From NCBI GenBank assembly GCA_951406725.2, contig OX597817.1, positions 102,300,001 through 102,364,000 on the forward strand: DNA of 64,000 bases, written 5' to 3'. The position numbers and the translations under genes are program-made. This stretch comes from Octopus vulgaris. Taxonomy: Eukaryota. This document shows positions 40,206-54,617 of this stretch, piece by piece. The notes beneath the pieces were generated by a model, which saw only the letters and a program-made list of their open reading frames with translations, did not search any database and was not told where the DNA came from. The stretch's first letter is position 1. Every line of letters starts with the position of its first letter.

Positions 40206-40520
40206 GCATACCATTGTACCTACATACATATGCGTGTGTGTGTGTTTAGACTCTAAGAACTTTCCCTCTCTTCTCTCTCGATTGCTAAAGCTACACGCGC
40301 TTTATCAAGAAATGTTAAGAAAACACATTTCATGAATTTCTTCCACGCTGTAATTATATTTCGTCTATGAAAAATATTTCACTTCACAAAACGTGTAATC
40401 CATAAAGTGTTTCATTAATATATCTTAGGTAATAGTGCTATACATGATTACTATTGACTAGAAATTTTAAGAACTTCGTAATAAGTAAGCAACAAAAATT
40501 AAAAATAAACAAATAGATAA

Positions 40521-40545
40521 ATAATAATAATAATAATAATAATAA

Positions 40546-40618
<73 letters not shown>

Positions 40619-40648
40619 GGTGGTGGTGGTGGTGGTGGTGGTGGTGAG

Positions 40649-40706
<58 letters not shown>

Positions 40707-40730
40707 ATAATAATAATAATAATAATAATA
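40521..40730. repeat. Nested (AAT)(AGT)(GGT)(AGT)(AAT) microsatellite
   Basis: Direct inspection. Confidence 0.95.
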
Positions 40731-41340
40731 TGCCCTGATGCAGTACCAGGCACTGGCTCTCATGGTTTCTGATCTTAACTGATTGGAAGTGTTATCATGT
40801 ACGTGTTTTTTCTTGGGTCGATAAATTAAGTACCAGTTACGCATTGGGGTCGATGTAATCGACTTAATACCTATGTCTGTCCTTGTTTGTCCCCTCTGTG
40901 TTTAGCCCCTTGTGGGTAATAAAGAAATAGGTATAAAAGATGGCCTAGTCGAGCATGTCTTTTGGTGGCTGACGATATGTGCATCTCTGATCACGAACAG
41001 AAGTAGTGGGGGAGCATCATAGCCATGTGTTGAGAGGAATTATTTGGGATTTCGATAATTCAACTCAGGAAATATGGGTGTTTCGTTCAACATCTTTAAA
41101 CAAACCTTATTCAGGGACCTTTTGAGCAGGCTGGGCTACTCAAGCCGAAGAAAATTCTAACTGGGTTCCACCTCCAAGGTTATGTGCTGTTTATCTTGAT
41201 ATGAAATCACTATGTCGCATACATATAGATGTGATGCATATGCCTGGGGTACTCTTATCAGACGAGTTGTTTGATAGGTATATTGGGCTTTATATATTTT
41301 ACCCCAGTGTCACTTTGATGGCAATCACTTCTCTCTCACT
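40731..41340 (+). mobile_element. ~555-bp (AAT)n-associated non-coding element, copy 1 (with SINE insertion and deletion)
   Basis: tgccctgatgcagtaccaggc...tctctctcact(aat)n; SINE A 3' half at ~40815-40933. Confidence 0.85.
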
Positions 41341-41370
41341 TAATAATAATAATAATAATAAAAATAATAA

Positions 41371-41488
<118 letters not shown>

Positions 41489-41506
41489 CAGGGCAATAAT
41501 AATAAT

Positions 41507-42062
41507 TGCCCTGATGCAGTACCAGGCAGTGGCTCTCATGGCTTCTGATCTTAACTGACTGGAAGTGCTATGATTGTACATTGTTTTGTCTTGGTATAAA
41601 AGATGGGCTACAGAAAATATTCTGCTCAATACCACAGATTTGTTTGTCAGTGTTTAGCCTTAACCAGTTGACCTTGTCCCTTAGTGGCTGACGATATGTG
41701 CATCTCTGATCACGAGCAGAAGTAGTGGGGGAGCATCATAGCCATGTGCTGAGAGGGATTCTTTGGGGTTTGAATAATTCACCTCTAGGAACATGGGTGT
41801 TTCGTTCAACATCCTTAAACAACCCTTATTCAGGCACCTTTTGAGCGGGATGGGTTACTCGACCAGAAGAAAATTCTAACTGGGCCCCACCTGCAAGGTC
41901 ATGCGCTGTTTATCTTGATATGAGATCACCATGTCGCGCACATATGGTTGCGATGCATGTGCCTGGTGTACTCTTATCAGACGGGTAGTCATGATAGGTA
42001 TACTGGGCTTCGTATATTTTATCCCAGTGTGACTTTGATGGCATGCACTACTCTCTCATTCG
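41507..42062 (+). mobile_element. ~555-bp (AAT)n-associated non-coding element, copy 2
   Basis: Full-length; closely similar to copy 3. Confidence 0.9.
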
Positions 42063-42082
42063 GTAATAATAATAATAATAAC

Positions 42083-42139
<57 letters not shown>

Positions 42140-42345
42140 CCTTTCTGTTATAGGCACAAAGGTTGAAATTTTGTGGGAGGGGAATAGAAGATTATATCGA
42201 CTCCAGTAATCTGCTTATTTTATGGACCCTGAAGGATGTAAAGCAAAGTAGACTTAGGTGGAATTTTAACTAAGAACGTAAAGACAGTCGAAATGCTGCG
42301 AAGAATTTTGCCCGGTGTGCTAACAATTCTGCCTGCTCGCCGCCT
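42140..42345 (-). mobile_element. SINE family A
   Basis: ggcacaaagg...cccggtgtgctaacaattctgcctgctcgccgcc. Confidence 0.8.
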
Positions 42346-42443
<98 letters not shown>

Positions 42444-42472
42444 AATAATGACAACAACAACAACAACAACAA

Positions 42473-42557
<85 letters not shown>

Positions 42558-42558
<1 letters not shown>

Positions 42559-43112
42559 GCCCTGATGTAGTACCAGACAGTGGCTCTCATGGCTTCTGAT
42601 CTTAACTGATTGGAAGTGTTATCATGTACATTGTTTTGTCTTAGTATAAAAGATGGGCTACAGCAAATATTCTGCTCAATACCACAAATTTGCTTGTCAG
42701 TTGTTTGACCGTAACCAGTTGAGCATGTCCCTTAGTGGCTGACGATATGTGCATCTCTGATCACGAGCAGAAGTAGTGGGGGAGCATCATAGCCATGTGC
42801 TGAGAGGGATTCTTTGGGGCTTGAATAATTCACCTCTGGAAACATGGGTGGTTCTTTCAACATCCTTAAACAACCCTTATTCAGGCACCTTTTGAGCGGG
42901 ATGGGCTACTCAACCTGAAGAAAATTCTAACTGGGCCCCACCTGCAAGGTCATGCGCTGTTTATCTTGATATGAGATCACCATGTCGCGCACATATGGTT
43001 GTGATGCATGTGCCTGGTGTACCCTTATCAGACGGGTAGTCATGATGGGTATATTGGGCTTCGTATATTTTACCCCAGTGTCACTTTGATGGCATGAACT
43101 GCTCTCTCACTC
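42558..43112 (+). mobile_element. ~555-bp (AAT)n-associated non-coding element, copy 3
   Basis: Same termini, followed by (AAT)n. Confidence 0.9.
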
Positions 43113-43513
43113 AATAATAATAATAATAATAATGAGGGAATAAATAAATACATCTGTGAATTCTATACAGTCATTTGTCTTATTTCAAATTCAAACATCT
43201 AATCCCGCCAAATACTATGAACACTCCCTTTTATTAACTATCTGTGTATATATAATTAAATATGAACACATACATACATACATACATACATACATACATA
43301 CATACATACAATATATACATACATGGCTCTGAAGAATATAAGTTTTGGCTGCTGGTTCTTCCCTATATTTTATGTTGATGAATTGATTGATTGATAAGAT
43401 TAAACCAATACGCCCCTTAATACATATCTCAAACAGCTATGTACTTATCATAAATAAATAAATGTATACAGCCCATTATTTCTATCTTTCTTATTATGCA
43501 TGTATGTGAAGTC

Positions 43514-43710
43514 GGCGAGCTGGCAGAAACGTTAGCACGCCGGGCTAAATGCTTAGCAGTATTTCGTCTGCCGCTAAGTTGTGAGTTCAAATTCCACCGA
43601 GGTCGACTTTGTCTTTCATCTTTTCGGGGTCGATTAAATAAGTACCAGTTACGCACTGGGGTCGAATCATGTGGTTGGGAAGCAAGCTTCTTTCCACACA
43701 GTCACACCTG
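43514..43710 (+). mobile_element. SINE family A joined to an inverted SINE C head
   Basis: A copy 43514-43665, then catgtggttgggaagcaagcttctttccacacag, the reverse complement of the family C head. Confidence 0.8.
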
Positions 43711-44079
43711 TTAATTTTTTTAAAAAGTAAATTAAACGCATTTCAAATATAATAAAATCAATAGTCCAATTCATGAACAATTCATCTTATTTCAAAGAAT
43801 GTATTTTCACAGCTGAAAGGCTTACAAATAAATATCTGTATAACCACTCTGGCGACCTACATCCGCTACTTCAGAGCTGATAGTATACCTTATGACACTT
43901 CCTGGTCAATCATTAATACTAAAATATCGTATCTGCGAAGCCGACTAGCATGCAATCTATGCTACCGAAAAGTCTGCGTTCATCTTCAGCATTCGGTTGT
44001 CCTTCCACTTCCTCTATAAGGCATATTTATTGAACATCAGTATTGCATAAGATGCATTATTATATCAACAAGCAAGACG

Positions 44080-44290
44080 ACGAGCTGGCAGAATCGTTAT
44101 CACGCAGAGCGAAATGCTTAGTGGTATTTCGTCTGCCACTACAGTATGAGTTCAAATTCCGCTCAGATCGACTTTACCTTTCATCCTTTCGAGATCGATG
44201 AAATAAGTACCAGTTATGCACTGGAGTCGATGTAATCGACTAGCCTCCTTCCATCAAAATTTTCAAGGCCTTTTGCCTAGAGTAGAAATA
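44080..44290 (+). mobile_element. SINE family A
   Basis: cgagctggcagaatcg...gagttcaaattcc...ggccttttgcctagagtagaaa. Confidence 0.88.
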
Positions 44291-44792
44291 ATTATTATAT
44301 CAACTAGTCAGCACCATCCGAAACAGCTGTAACGATATGAACTGATTACTGCAAGCAAATTTTACGCAACTCTCCATGTAAATATATTACTTTCACTTGT
44401 TATCGGTTGCCTATTTTTCGAAGCAAGTACAGAAGAGACGCAAATTCGCGAAGCATTCCATATTTTTACGCTGATCTGACTTCTCTTTACCTCAATTAAA
44501 ATAATTATGTGTGTGGGTGTGCGCACACGGATATGTGTGTTATGCATATATGGTGTGTGTAAGTGTATGCTATAAGAGATAGTGTATATGTGCGTGTTAA
44601 TGAGAGAAAGAGAGAGAGAGAGAGAGAGAGACAGTGATTAAAGAAACAGTAGAAGAAAGTAAAATAGTCTTACGTAACAAATTGACAACATTTCTCTATG
44701 TTATTCTACATCTCTACTTCATCACACTTCATTACATCTTTCAGACTCTCTGCATCGCCTTTCTTAGCGCTTCACAGGAGGTCATGGACACG

Positions 44793-44842
<50 letters not shown>

Positions 44843-44986
44843 TGCATGACTCATTACAACTGGATCTCCCGACAAAATTTGGTAAAAAAAAAATGGGAGA
44901 ATTGCCGACGTTTGTAGATATAAATGTACACATGTTCCGCTAGTAATGTGTGTTTGTGTGTGTGTGTGTGTGTGTATGTGTGTGTG

Positions 44987-45026
<40 letters not shown>

Positions 45027-45439
45027 TATGTGTGTGTGTGTGTGTGTGTGTGAGTGTGAGTATGTAAGTGTGTGTGTATCTGAGCACGAGTGTATGTATG
45101 AGCATGCGTGTGTGTGTGTTTGTGTGTGTATGTTTGCGTGGTCTGGTGTTATTGGAACTCAGCGGGAGAGGATATAACATTTGGTATCTATTCCCGGTAA
45201 CAAGCGCTGAGATTACGGCAACATCGAAAAGTTAACTATTTTATTATAACTAAATTCGATAACAGCACTTTGCAATGGAAAAGTTGGGTGTATGTCTGTT
45301 TATCTATATTTTTTATCATCCTTTGTCTTTGCTACTTTTGAAGTCGAAATTCTGACTTTGATAATCAGTTACACTATATAATCTTCTACATCTTGGAACC
45401 TGGCTACCGTTAACAATTATTTGACGCAGTTGCCGTTAC

Positions 45440-45989
45440 GCCTGTGCTAATGACTGTACTACCGCTCTTCCGATCGTATCCGCACAACAACAAAATACCT
45501 TCCCCACCCTTTCACCAACCATCCTGCCACATTACTCCAGCACACCATCCTACAACATTTCAATCTTCTAACCAGATCTCACCACTTTCCACATCCTCCT
45601 CAGCACCTGCATACCTTGTTACTCAACTGCAATCTGAGTGAACCTCTAGTCCTTCATTCATACCTTGCTAACCACGAGTCTTTATCCGCTCCCGCTTCTG
45701 CGGCAAATATTTATTCCTTTGTGTAAAAAAAACAACAACACCCTATACTAACGTTCCTAATTCACCAATTGTGTTACCTGCCCCTACAATATCATTATCT
45801 ATCGTATAAAATTGTCGGCACTGCAGCCTGATTTACAATGGGGAAACTTGTCGATGATCGGCTTAGAGAATATTTGTTGGATGTCTGGTGCAACATCACT
45901 ATAACACTCAAGCCTGTATCTTGTCACTTCAGTTTTCCAGGTCACATCTATCAGAATCTTACCGTTTGCAGTAGCATACAGAACCACTG

Positions 45990-46069
<80 letters not shown>

Positions 46070-46150
46070 CCGCATCATGAATAACAATTAATTTTCCAGT
46101 GAAACACAGCTCACCCAGCTGGAATTAATAATCGAATTGCTTTCCTCTAA
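45440..46150 (+). pseudogene. Decayed Penelope-like GIY-YIG of a third type, split by (CT)n
   Basis: VTCPYNIIIYRI / CRHCSLIYNGETCR / DRLREYLLDV / KPVSCHFSFPGH / HE*QLIFQ*NTAHPAGIN across frameshifts. Confidence 0.75.
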
Positions 46151-46477
46151 AAACATTTCTCCCCATTTACTAACCCCATACATCAATAAACGACCTAACG
46201 TACTCATCACATCCCAGTTTCACACACATACATGAATGCTGCACTACTCATCCACTACAGAATTTCATTACAGACACACTGCTCATCAACAACACTTTCT
46301 ATTATACACATTATTACGTACTATTCATACCACCCACATAGTAACATACTAAATTCACATCTATTCTCCAAATGCACACGCTTTCACACATGTTCACACA
46401 TACTTCCATACACACACAAACATACATAACATGCACATTTCCATATATTATCCCATGCTTATTTCGCTTAACACCCC

Positions 46478-46597
<120 letters not shown>

Positions 46598-47124
46598 CTT
46601 TTTATTTTGGCTGAAAACCACAGATCTTCACATTTCCGCTCTACCCAGTTCCGTTTTGCCATTTATCTTCTTGCTTTACTCAAATCAAGATCGTTTTTTT
46701 TTCTTTATACACTTAATATTCTTTTCCTTTTTCTCTTTTTCCTCTTTACTATGCTTGACGATTGACCATTGTTCAATTCTCTTCTAGCCCTTTCTTCAAA
46801 ACGTGATTATATTAACTTTATACTCTTGTTCGTCGTCCTTTCTTTATCTTTATTTGTTCTTTGATTTTTTTGTCTGCCTTATAGTTTTTCTCGTAATGCA
46901 TTAAAGGTATTTTTAAACATATAAACAAACAGTGGTCCTTTGAATTTCTTTACAATATGTATATATATGTACTTTATCTCTTTTTGTACAATATATATCT
47001 ATATATATATAGATAGATATAGATATGTATGTATGCATGTATGTATGTATACATTATGTATGTATGTATGTATGTATGTATGTATGTATGTATGTATGTA
47101 TGTTCACTTTCTCTTTTTAATTTA

Positions 47125-49985
47125 GAGTAAATTTTGACCTGCCACCTATTTGACAGTAAGGTTATGAAGAAAAATATCTTGATTTAACTGTCATCCTTTA
47201 AATCTTAAGGTCTTGCAGATTTTTATAGTCACAGTTATCGTGATAGTTTGTAGCGCAAGAATTGAGGATTTGCATTCTTTCCCCAAAATTCCAAGTTCAG
47301 CCATATATTTCCCCAGACAGGTTGGTATGTATCCTGTTGCCCGAATAATAGTGTGTGTGAAACTGAAAGTGTATCTTGTGCACTGGATTTGTAAATTCCT
47401 TAACAATGGTCCGTAGATGTCCTACTTCTCTTGTATTAGGCCGTCAAGTATGAAATTTGTAGTTAGGTATGTGGTAAACAGCTGTCCATTTTGCGCCATT
47501 ATTATATTTTGACAATCTGTATTTTTTGTCAGAAAGCTGACTCATCTACTTCTTTATTCTTACTCATTTTGCGCTTTATAAAGTATTTATAAATCGTTTT
47601 TTGCTATTTTTATTTAGAGATGGATAAATCGGAAATTTGTACAGTTTTGAAACATGAATTCTTTCTTGGAAATACAGCATCACAGACAACTCGGAATATT
47701 AATTGAGTATTTAATTTTAATGCTATTACAAAACAGACAGTATCAAATTGGTTTGCAAAATTTCGATCTGGTAACTTTGACCTCACAAACGAGCAACGCG
47801 GTCGACCAGAAACAAAAATGGATAATGACGAACTGAAAGCCACCGTCGAGTCAGATCCATCTCAAAGTGTCCGTGAATTATCCTTGTTGTTTGGTGTTAG
47901 TAAGCAAACAGTATTGACTCACCTAGTTCAAATCGTTAAAGTGAAAAAGTTGGATAAGTAGGTTCTAAATCAGAAACAGTAAATTTTGGAAGCCTGCATT
48001 ATGCTACTTGTCTCGTCACAGAATGTATAATCGAATTGTAACATGTGATGAGAAATGGATCCTATACAACAACAGTAAACGTTCAGCACTATGATTGGAC
48101 AAAGACGAGCCACCAAAACACAGTCTAAAAAGCAAAATTCATCAAAAGAAGCTGATGGTGTGTGTTTGGTGGTCTGGTGCAGGTGTGATCCATTATGATT
48201 TCCTTAAACCTGGCTCATCAATTACGGCCAAAGTATACTGCAGCCAACTGGACCAAATGATGCAGAAACTTACAAAAAAAGCCCAGCCTAGATTAGTCAA
48301 CAGATCGACTCCTATTTTATTGCAAGACAACGGCAGACCAGATATCGCAAAAATGACATTGGCGAGCCTACAGGAGTTGGAGTAGGAAGTTCTCTATCAT
48401 CCCCCATACCCAGATGGCACCTGATTTCCACAACGGAACATACCTTTTCTTTGTGGTCCCAAACAATATCTGGTCGGTTGTGTTTTAACTTAGTGGTTGT
48501 TTAAATTTTTGAGTTCTACCAATATTCTTTTGACCCATCGGTCATAATATAGTTAACTTTGCAAGTATTTTCTGTTTTGTTATCCTGATCCAGACTGTTC
48601 TGACCACCGCATCATGTCTCATGAAAAGATAATATCTTGAAGACATTATCTTGCAGTTTGCAAATAATCTGGTTGAACGTCTTATGTGTTGGTCTTGCAC
48701 AGCCTACATTTGTTGTCTGTCAACATTTTCTACTTTTTATGCTATAGGTACTTAATGGGGATCTCTTGTTCAGGGATTGTATGAATGTAGCCTTATAAAT
48801 GGGATGACAGAACTTGTTGGTATTCCATGTCAAGCTTTTGACAGATACTATCTTCTCAGAGAATTGGTTCATTATTTTCTTCTGTTGTTCTGATAAATCG
48901 ATTTTATCAATGCTCCTTGGGGAAAGATCTGTATCAGTTATTATTTCATACCTCTCCTCAAGTTCATTAGCTATCCTAAGTATGTTGTTGGTTTCATGGT
49001 CACAAACTTGGACAAAATAGTTTCTGATCTCTTTCCTCTGCTGCAGATGTTTCAGTGTCACACTATGTCCTTCGTATGACAGCAATAAAAATTTGAGAGC
49101 ACGGCCACCTTCATTGTAAAGCCTTGATAATCCACTTATAATCTCCATTGATGTTGAAGTTTCCTGTAACACTGAGCAGTTGCGAGTTTGAACATCTTTC
49201 TCAATGAGTTTTTGCAGTGACCAGTTCAGAAAGCCAAACGTAGGCGTGAGGACAAGCACTGCAAAAGTGTTGTGGACAATATGTTTGTTGTAAGCTAAGA
49301 GTTCCAATGACCATGTTCTCTTTGCTCTCCTGGGGTATTAATTTCTGTCCTCTCATTCATGGGTCCATCATATCTGACATTCTCATCCTGTCCGAGTTAC
49401 CTATAATTGTCACCTGGCTAGCTGCAGAGGTTATATTGTCAAACCGTCCAATTTTAGGCTTTCAGAGAAGGTCACGACTTTCCCATATCTTATTGTCAAA
49501 AATGCATATTTAGACTCACCAAATTTCATCCCAATGTCTGTAGAAAATTGGGTTATAAGATCCATCTGTTTTTATGTGTTTGATATTCGGCCCATAGAGT
49601 TTCAAGTCGTTAACAAAGAAAAGATGGGAGATACTTCTGGATCCATTTCTTTTGTCACTATATCTTATGATCAGAGATGAAAGCATATTTAATAAGAGGA
49701 CAAAGAGTAACACCGACAGGCTATCGCTCTGAAAGATATCTTTCTGGTAGTGAATGTTATCCGACTCAATTTGCTCCTTATCAATCCTAAAGAGCAGAGT
49801 GATGTATCAAGTTTTGGTCAGGCGTTCAATAGCACTCACTAGTGGTTGTGGAACTAGGGCTAACTGTAATGCCTTGATAATCCACTTATATGATATACTA
49901 TCGAAAGCCTTCTAGTAGGTCAGCCACACTACGGTTAAATTCCTGCAATTTTTTTTCTTTTATCTTGGACAATATTGTTAATTAG
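47125..49985 (-). mobile_element. R4/Dong-related RLE LINE in (TACA)n, interrupted by a mariner
   Basis: YxKAFDSISYKWIIKAL, IFQSDSLSVLLF, ISHLFFVNDLKLY, HNTFAVLVLTPTFG, LSRLYNEGGRAL, TVTIKICKT; related to 37755-39372; (TATG)n on both flanks. Confidence 0.85.
47436..48410 (+). mobile_element. mariner transposon (5' TIR plus disrupted transposase)
   Basis: TA-TTAGG start; MDKSEI...WFAKFRSGNFDL...RGRP; RIVTCDEKWILYNN; KKLMVCVWW; LLQDNGRP; VLYHPPY; 3' end missing. Confidence 0.92.
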
Positions 49986-50593
49986 TAGCTGTATGTATGT
50001 ATGTATGTATGTATGTATGTATGTATGTATGTATGTATGTATGTATGTATGTATGTATGTATGTATGTATGTATGTATGTATGTGTGTGTGTGTGTGCGT
50101 GCGTGCGCGTGTGCGTGCGTCTGTGTATTCATAAACATTTGAAATTTTCTTATTGAAGTCTGAAAATCATTATTAGTTTTAAATATATCTCTGTAATCGC
50201 CATTTCATCGCATGAACCTCGGTCATCAAAGATATTTATAACAATTTCGCTACTATTAGTCATGTTCAGAACTAACTCACTTACGTTACCAATGCTCTCC
50301 AAGAAAGCGTCATATATGGTATAAACTTATATGTATTTCGTCCGTAACTCCCCAAAACCATTGACATACATGGATCACACTTTTGCACATGCACACACAA
50401 ATAAGGTGAGTGGTTAGGCATCATTAAAGTCATGAGGTTTGTATAGTGTACCTTGGGTGATTCAGCTTGGAGCGGATACTTTGTTCTCTAAGTTACACTC
50501 GCACTAAGAGTTGAACTCAGCAGCACACTCACCAATTCACCACTCATTGTTTTTATAGCAGTCACCACCACGCGGTACATATTTTCATCTAGA

Positions 50594-50762
50594 TCAGTGT
50601 TTATCAACCCTTTCTTACCTATGGAACCCCTGTGATTTCCATTTTACTCGGGTGGATCTTCCTACTCCTTCGATGTTTAAAAAATACCGTTATGATTTTA
50701 TAATTAAGTATTAGGAATTGTATTAAAAAATATCTAAATATTTGGTGTATTGTAGAAGTATA
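50594..50762. mobile_element. hAT-like MITE fragment
   Basis: tctagat|CAGTGTTTATCAACC; body similar to 58843-59064. Confidence 0.6.
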
Positions 50763-50769
50763 AGTCAAA

Positions 50770-51190
50770 ACCGTTAGCACGCCGGACAAAAGGCTTAGCG
50801 ACGTTTCATGTCTTTACTTTCTGAGTTCAAATTTCACAGAAGTCGACTTTGCCTTTCTTTCTTTCGGGGTCGATAAAATAAGTGCTAGCTGAGCCTGGGG
50901 TTGATATAATCGACTAACCCACCCCAACAAAAATTGCTGTCTTTGTGCTAGAATTTGAAATCTCTATATATTTTAACTAAGGCAGCGAGTTGGCAGAATC
51001 ATTAGCATGCCAGATAAAACGCTTAGCAGAATTTCGTCTGTCGTTACCTTCTGAATTCAAATTCCGCTGAAGTCGACTTTGCCTTTCATTCTTTCTAGAA
51101 CGATAAAATTGGTACCAGCACTGGAGTTGATGTAATCGACTAGCATCCACTCACAAAATTTCAGGCCTTGTGCCTATAATAGATAGGAAC
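50770..51190 (+). mobile_element. Two tandem SINE family A copies (50770-50962, 50981-51190)
   Basis: Two successive heads and cores. Confidence 0.88.
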
Positions 51191-51195
51191 GTATC

Positions 51196-51409
51196 CTTTT
51201 CTACTCTAGGCACAAGGCCCGAAATTTGGGAGGAGGGGGCCAGTCGATTACAGCGACCCCAGTACGCAACTGGTACTTAATTTATGGACTCCAAAAGACT
51301 GAAAGACCAAGTCGACCTCGGCGGAATTTGAACTCAGAACGTAAAGTCAGCCGAAATACCGCTAAGCAATTTGCCTGTCGTGCTAACGTTTCTGCCAGCT
51401 CGCTGCCTT
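51196..51409 (-). mobile_element. SINE family A, tail-to-tail with the preceding copy
   Basis: ctaggcacaaggcccgaaattt...ttctgccagctcgctgcc. Confidence 0.9.
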
Positions 51410-51454
51410 TAGAAAGGAATATATCACTTAGCTGTCTGATGTCATTGAGCTCAC

Positions 51455-51519
<65 letters not shown>

Positions 51520-51524
<5 letters not shown>

Positions 51525-54500
51525 CTGTATTCACCATAAGGTTGAGAAAAAGAGGGGGACAAAACAAACGTTGGGGTCAGGGTATCGAATGAGACGAAAC
51601 GTTAAACAAACAAACAGTTAAACAAACAGTTAAAATATATACAATTAAATGAGAATGAGTGAATAACAAAAAATGAAGCGGAGGACGCGGTTGACCCCAT
51701 AAACCACATACTCACACTGAAGACTTCGCTTTCTCCTTTTTTACTTTCTCGATTAAACAGGTTCTTTCACTCGCAACATACTTGCTATATACTTCCATCT
51801 TTTACGAAACACACTTTGCGACAGGCATTTCTTCTCCAGCCTTATTTTCCGTTTCATGGGGAAAACGAAGAAGTCGATTAGCTCGAGACTGGAGATAAAC
51901 ATGCCTGTTGCAATTCCTTTCACTCTCGCCTTTCATACTACTTCTTTCGCCATAGCAACTACCGAGAGAAAACAGGCTCGCTCCTCCCTATTCAGGGAGG
52001 TCGGCAGAACTATCTTAATTACAGATTCGCTCGACAGTTGTACTCTTCTCGAATGCGACAGCAGGTGTTTGACATAAGCCCAGAGTTCAGTCACCTTGGG
52101 GTATTGCACAATCGCGTGCAGGACAGTTTCACTGTCCCCCTCACATCTTGCACAAACCGGCGAAGATGCACACCCATGTCTAAAGAGCTAATCTCGAACC
52201 GGTAAAGCTCCTCTGTAACATTGCCAGGCCAGGGACTTTTGGTAATTATCCATAGGCCCCGGACCGAATGTCCTTTGGAACAGGCTGGCCAGTTGATTTT
52301 CGTCGAAGCCCAGGTTTTCTCCCAGGACGTCGTCACACTTAAACTCTACTAACCCTCTATAGAAGAACGAGGTAGTACCCCCGCCACCGGCTTTGCCCGA
52401 CTGGGAGAGAAGCACGAGTGCCTGATGGCACTCTACATGCCACATGCCCAACCTCGGTCTACACTTGATCCATGGGTTCAGTTTGGTAAACGATGTGAAC
52501 TGTGGAAATAACAGCTTGACGAACGAAGACCACACCTGCTCACCGTCCAGGTAAAGCCAGAGGTGCCTAAGCCTGAGTGCATGTCTGCGCATTTTTAGCC
52601 ACGGTATCCCTAACCCACCCTTCAGCGGCTTTTGGCAGCAAATAGAGCGCCTTACAAGAGGTCTGCTGCTCCTCCACAAAAAGCGAAAGAGCATGCGTTC
52701 CAGCTTGTTCAACAACGAATCGGGGCAAGGCACGACGGTCAGGCAGTAAGTGATTACAGAGGCGATAAACACCGCTGCAACCTCCGCCCTCCCTTTCAAG
52801 GACAGCTTCCGCTCAGACCAGGTCTGAGTTAGGAGAGCCACCTCGCTCCAATTCTTCTCTATCTGGAGATCTGGACCTAATCAGATTCCAAGCATTTTCA
52901 CCGGCCCTTCCGTCCAACGTCCTACGACGCTGTCGGAAGACATCGATTTGCCCCTCCAGGTGCCGAGTTGCAAGCCGACCGATTTATCCCGGTTGACTTT
53001 CGCTCCTGCCACCGCTTCGTAGTCCCTTAAGGCCTCACCCACCTACTGTAGGTGCTCGACTTGGGATACGATGACGGTGATGTCGTCCGCATACGCCGAA
53101 GCTGACTTTCCGCACCCTAGATCTTGCGGAGTGCCCCTCATAGTTTCCAACCTCCTCAGCAACGGCTCGAGGGCCAAAACGTAGAGAAGCGGGGAGAGAG
53201 GACACTCTTGATGTACCGAACGTTCAATGCGGAACGGCTCCGAAAAGAAACCATTCACCCGAACTACCGATTCGATGTTGCTGTATAAAGCGTTGATCCA
53301 TCCGCTGAAGGTCGGGCCGAAGCCAACCACCGTGAGGACCGCCGCCAGATACTGATGGCCCACCCTATCGAACGCTTTCGATTGGTCCAAGTGGACCATA
53401 GCCCCATCCTTGCCAGGAATCCTATTTACCCTTTCTAAGGCATAGCGTAGAAAGTGGAGATTGTCGTGGATGGTCCTTCCAGGGATGGCGCAAGTTTGCG
53501 CCTCGCCAACAAGTTCACCCACGATCCGCGCCAACCTTTTTGCTAAGACCTTGGCCAAAATCTTCAACTCTGCGTTAAGCAGAGTGATGGGCCGAAAATT
53601 ATCAATTAAATCCCCCTTGTTTGGGTCCTTTCTTAACAGCGCTACCACCCCTCGGCTCACAGACTTAGGAATTCTCCAGTTCTGCTGCCAGTTGGTGTAC
53701 ACGCATGCAAGTCTGGCATGCTACTATAGAGTTCGTAAGGCAGACCATCGAGTCCCGGCGATTTGTCCCCGCCGCAGTCTGCCAACACATCCTCGATTTC
53801 TTTGGCTGTGATCGGCGCCTCACAAGATTCCGCGTCCGGCCTCGATAGACGTGGCGAACCGGCTAGGAAGTCTGCGAGCTTCTCCCCGCGTTCCAGTCCG
53901 CCGCTCCTCCCGAATAGCTGGGCGAAATGATCGTGAAACACCTTGCACATCTCCTCGGGTTCGTTTACTAATCGACCCTTTGGGCCCGTCAAAGTTCGAA
54001 TGGCTGAGTTGTTGCCACGCTGGCCCTGTACCACCCGGGCCCATCCGACTGCGTTGATCCCTTCCTGGCTCATTGCACGGATCTTAGCCCTGACAATGCA
54101 CCCTTCATGTTTAGCTTTGAGATGTTGGTCGAGTGCCAACCTCGCCGCTAACACTTTCGATGTACTGCCTGACCTCATTGCCTCATCTATTGCCTTAACT
54201 ATTTCCTTTTCTACTTTGTTTCTAGCACTAGCTAATTCTTTGCTAAACCTAATTGACTCAAATTTGATGGCTCTTTTCAGTGCGTACCACCATTTGTTGT
54301 TGATAATGGATCCGGTTAACACCCTCATTACTAATTGTTTAATCCGATTCCTGTAGGCTTCACAGTCCAATAGTAACTTGTTTAGCTTCCAGTAACCGGT
54401 ACCTCGTCTACACATGCTATCTATGTCGAGCGTACAGGTCACTAATTTGTGATCGCTGTAGCTGACGATATGGTGTTGTGGACGGCTAAGTATTTTCTTA

Positions 54501-54615
54501 TCTTTCCTTCTAGTTCTGATTCTATCTATGTAAGATCTGGACGACCCGTCGTTTCTTGCCCAGGTCCACGCTGGAGTGTCTGGGTGGTCCAGTCTGAATC
54601 GATCTGCCAACTCGA

Positions 54616-54617
<2 letters not shown>
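51520..54617 (-). mobile_element. Tx1-clade (L1 group) LINE ORF2, 5'-truncated, inserted in (TC)n
   Basis: APE end (WTW..SRSYIDRI..YSDHK..GYWKLN), RT (KSPGLDG, FRPITLLN, LDQSKAFDRV, QECPLSPLLY, AYADD), GGLGIP and C-terminal Cys/His region; several frameshifts; (GA)n on both flanks. Confidence 0.95.

Noticed and set aside
41680-41705. PLVADDMCI resembling an RT YADD motif in the 555-bp element
   Set aside because: Isolated; no flanking RT motifs and stops nearby
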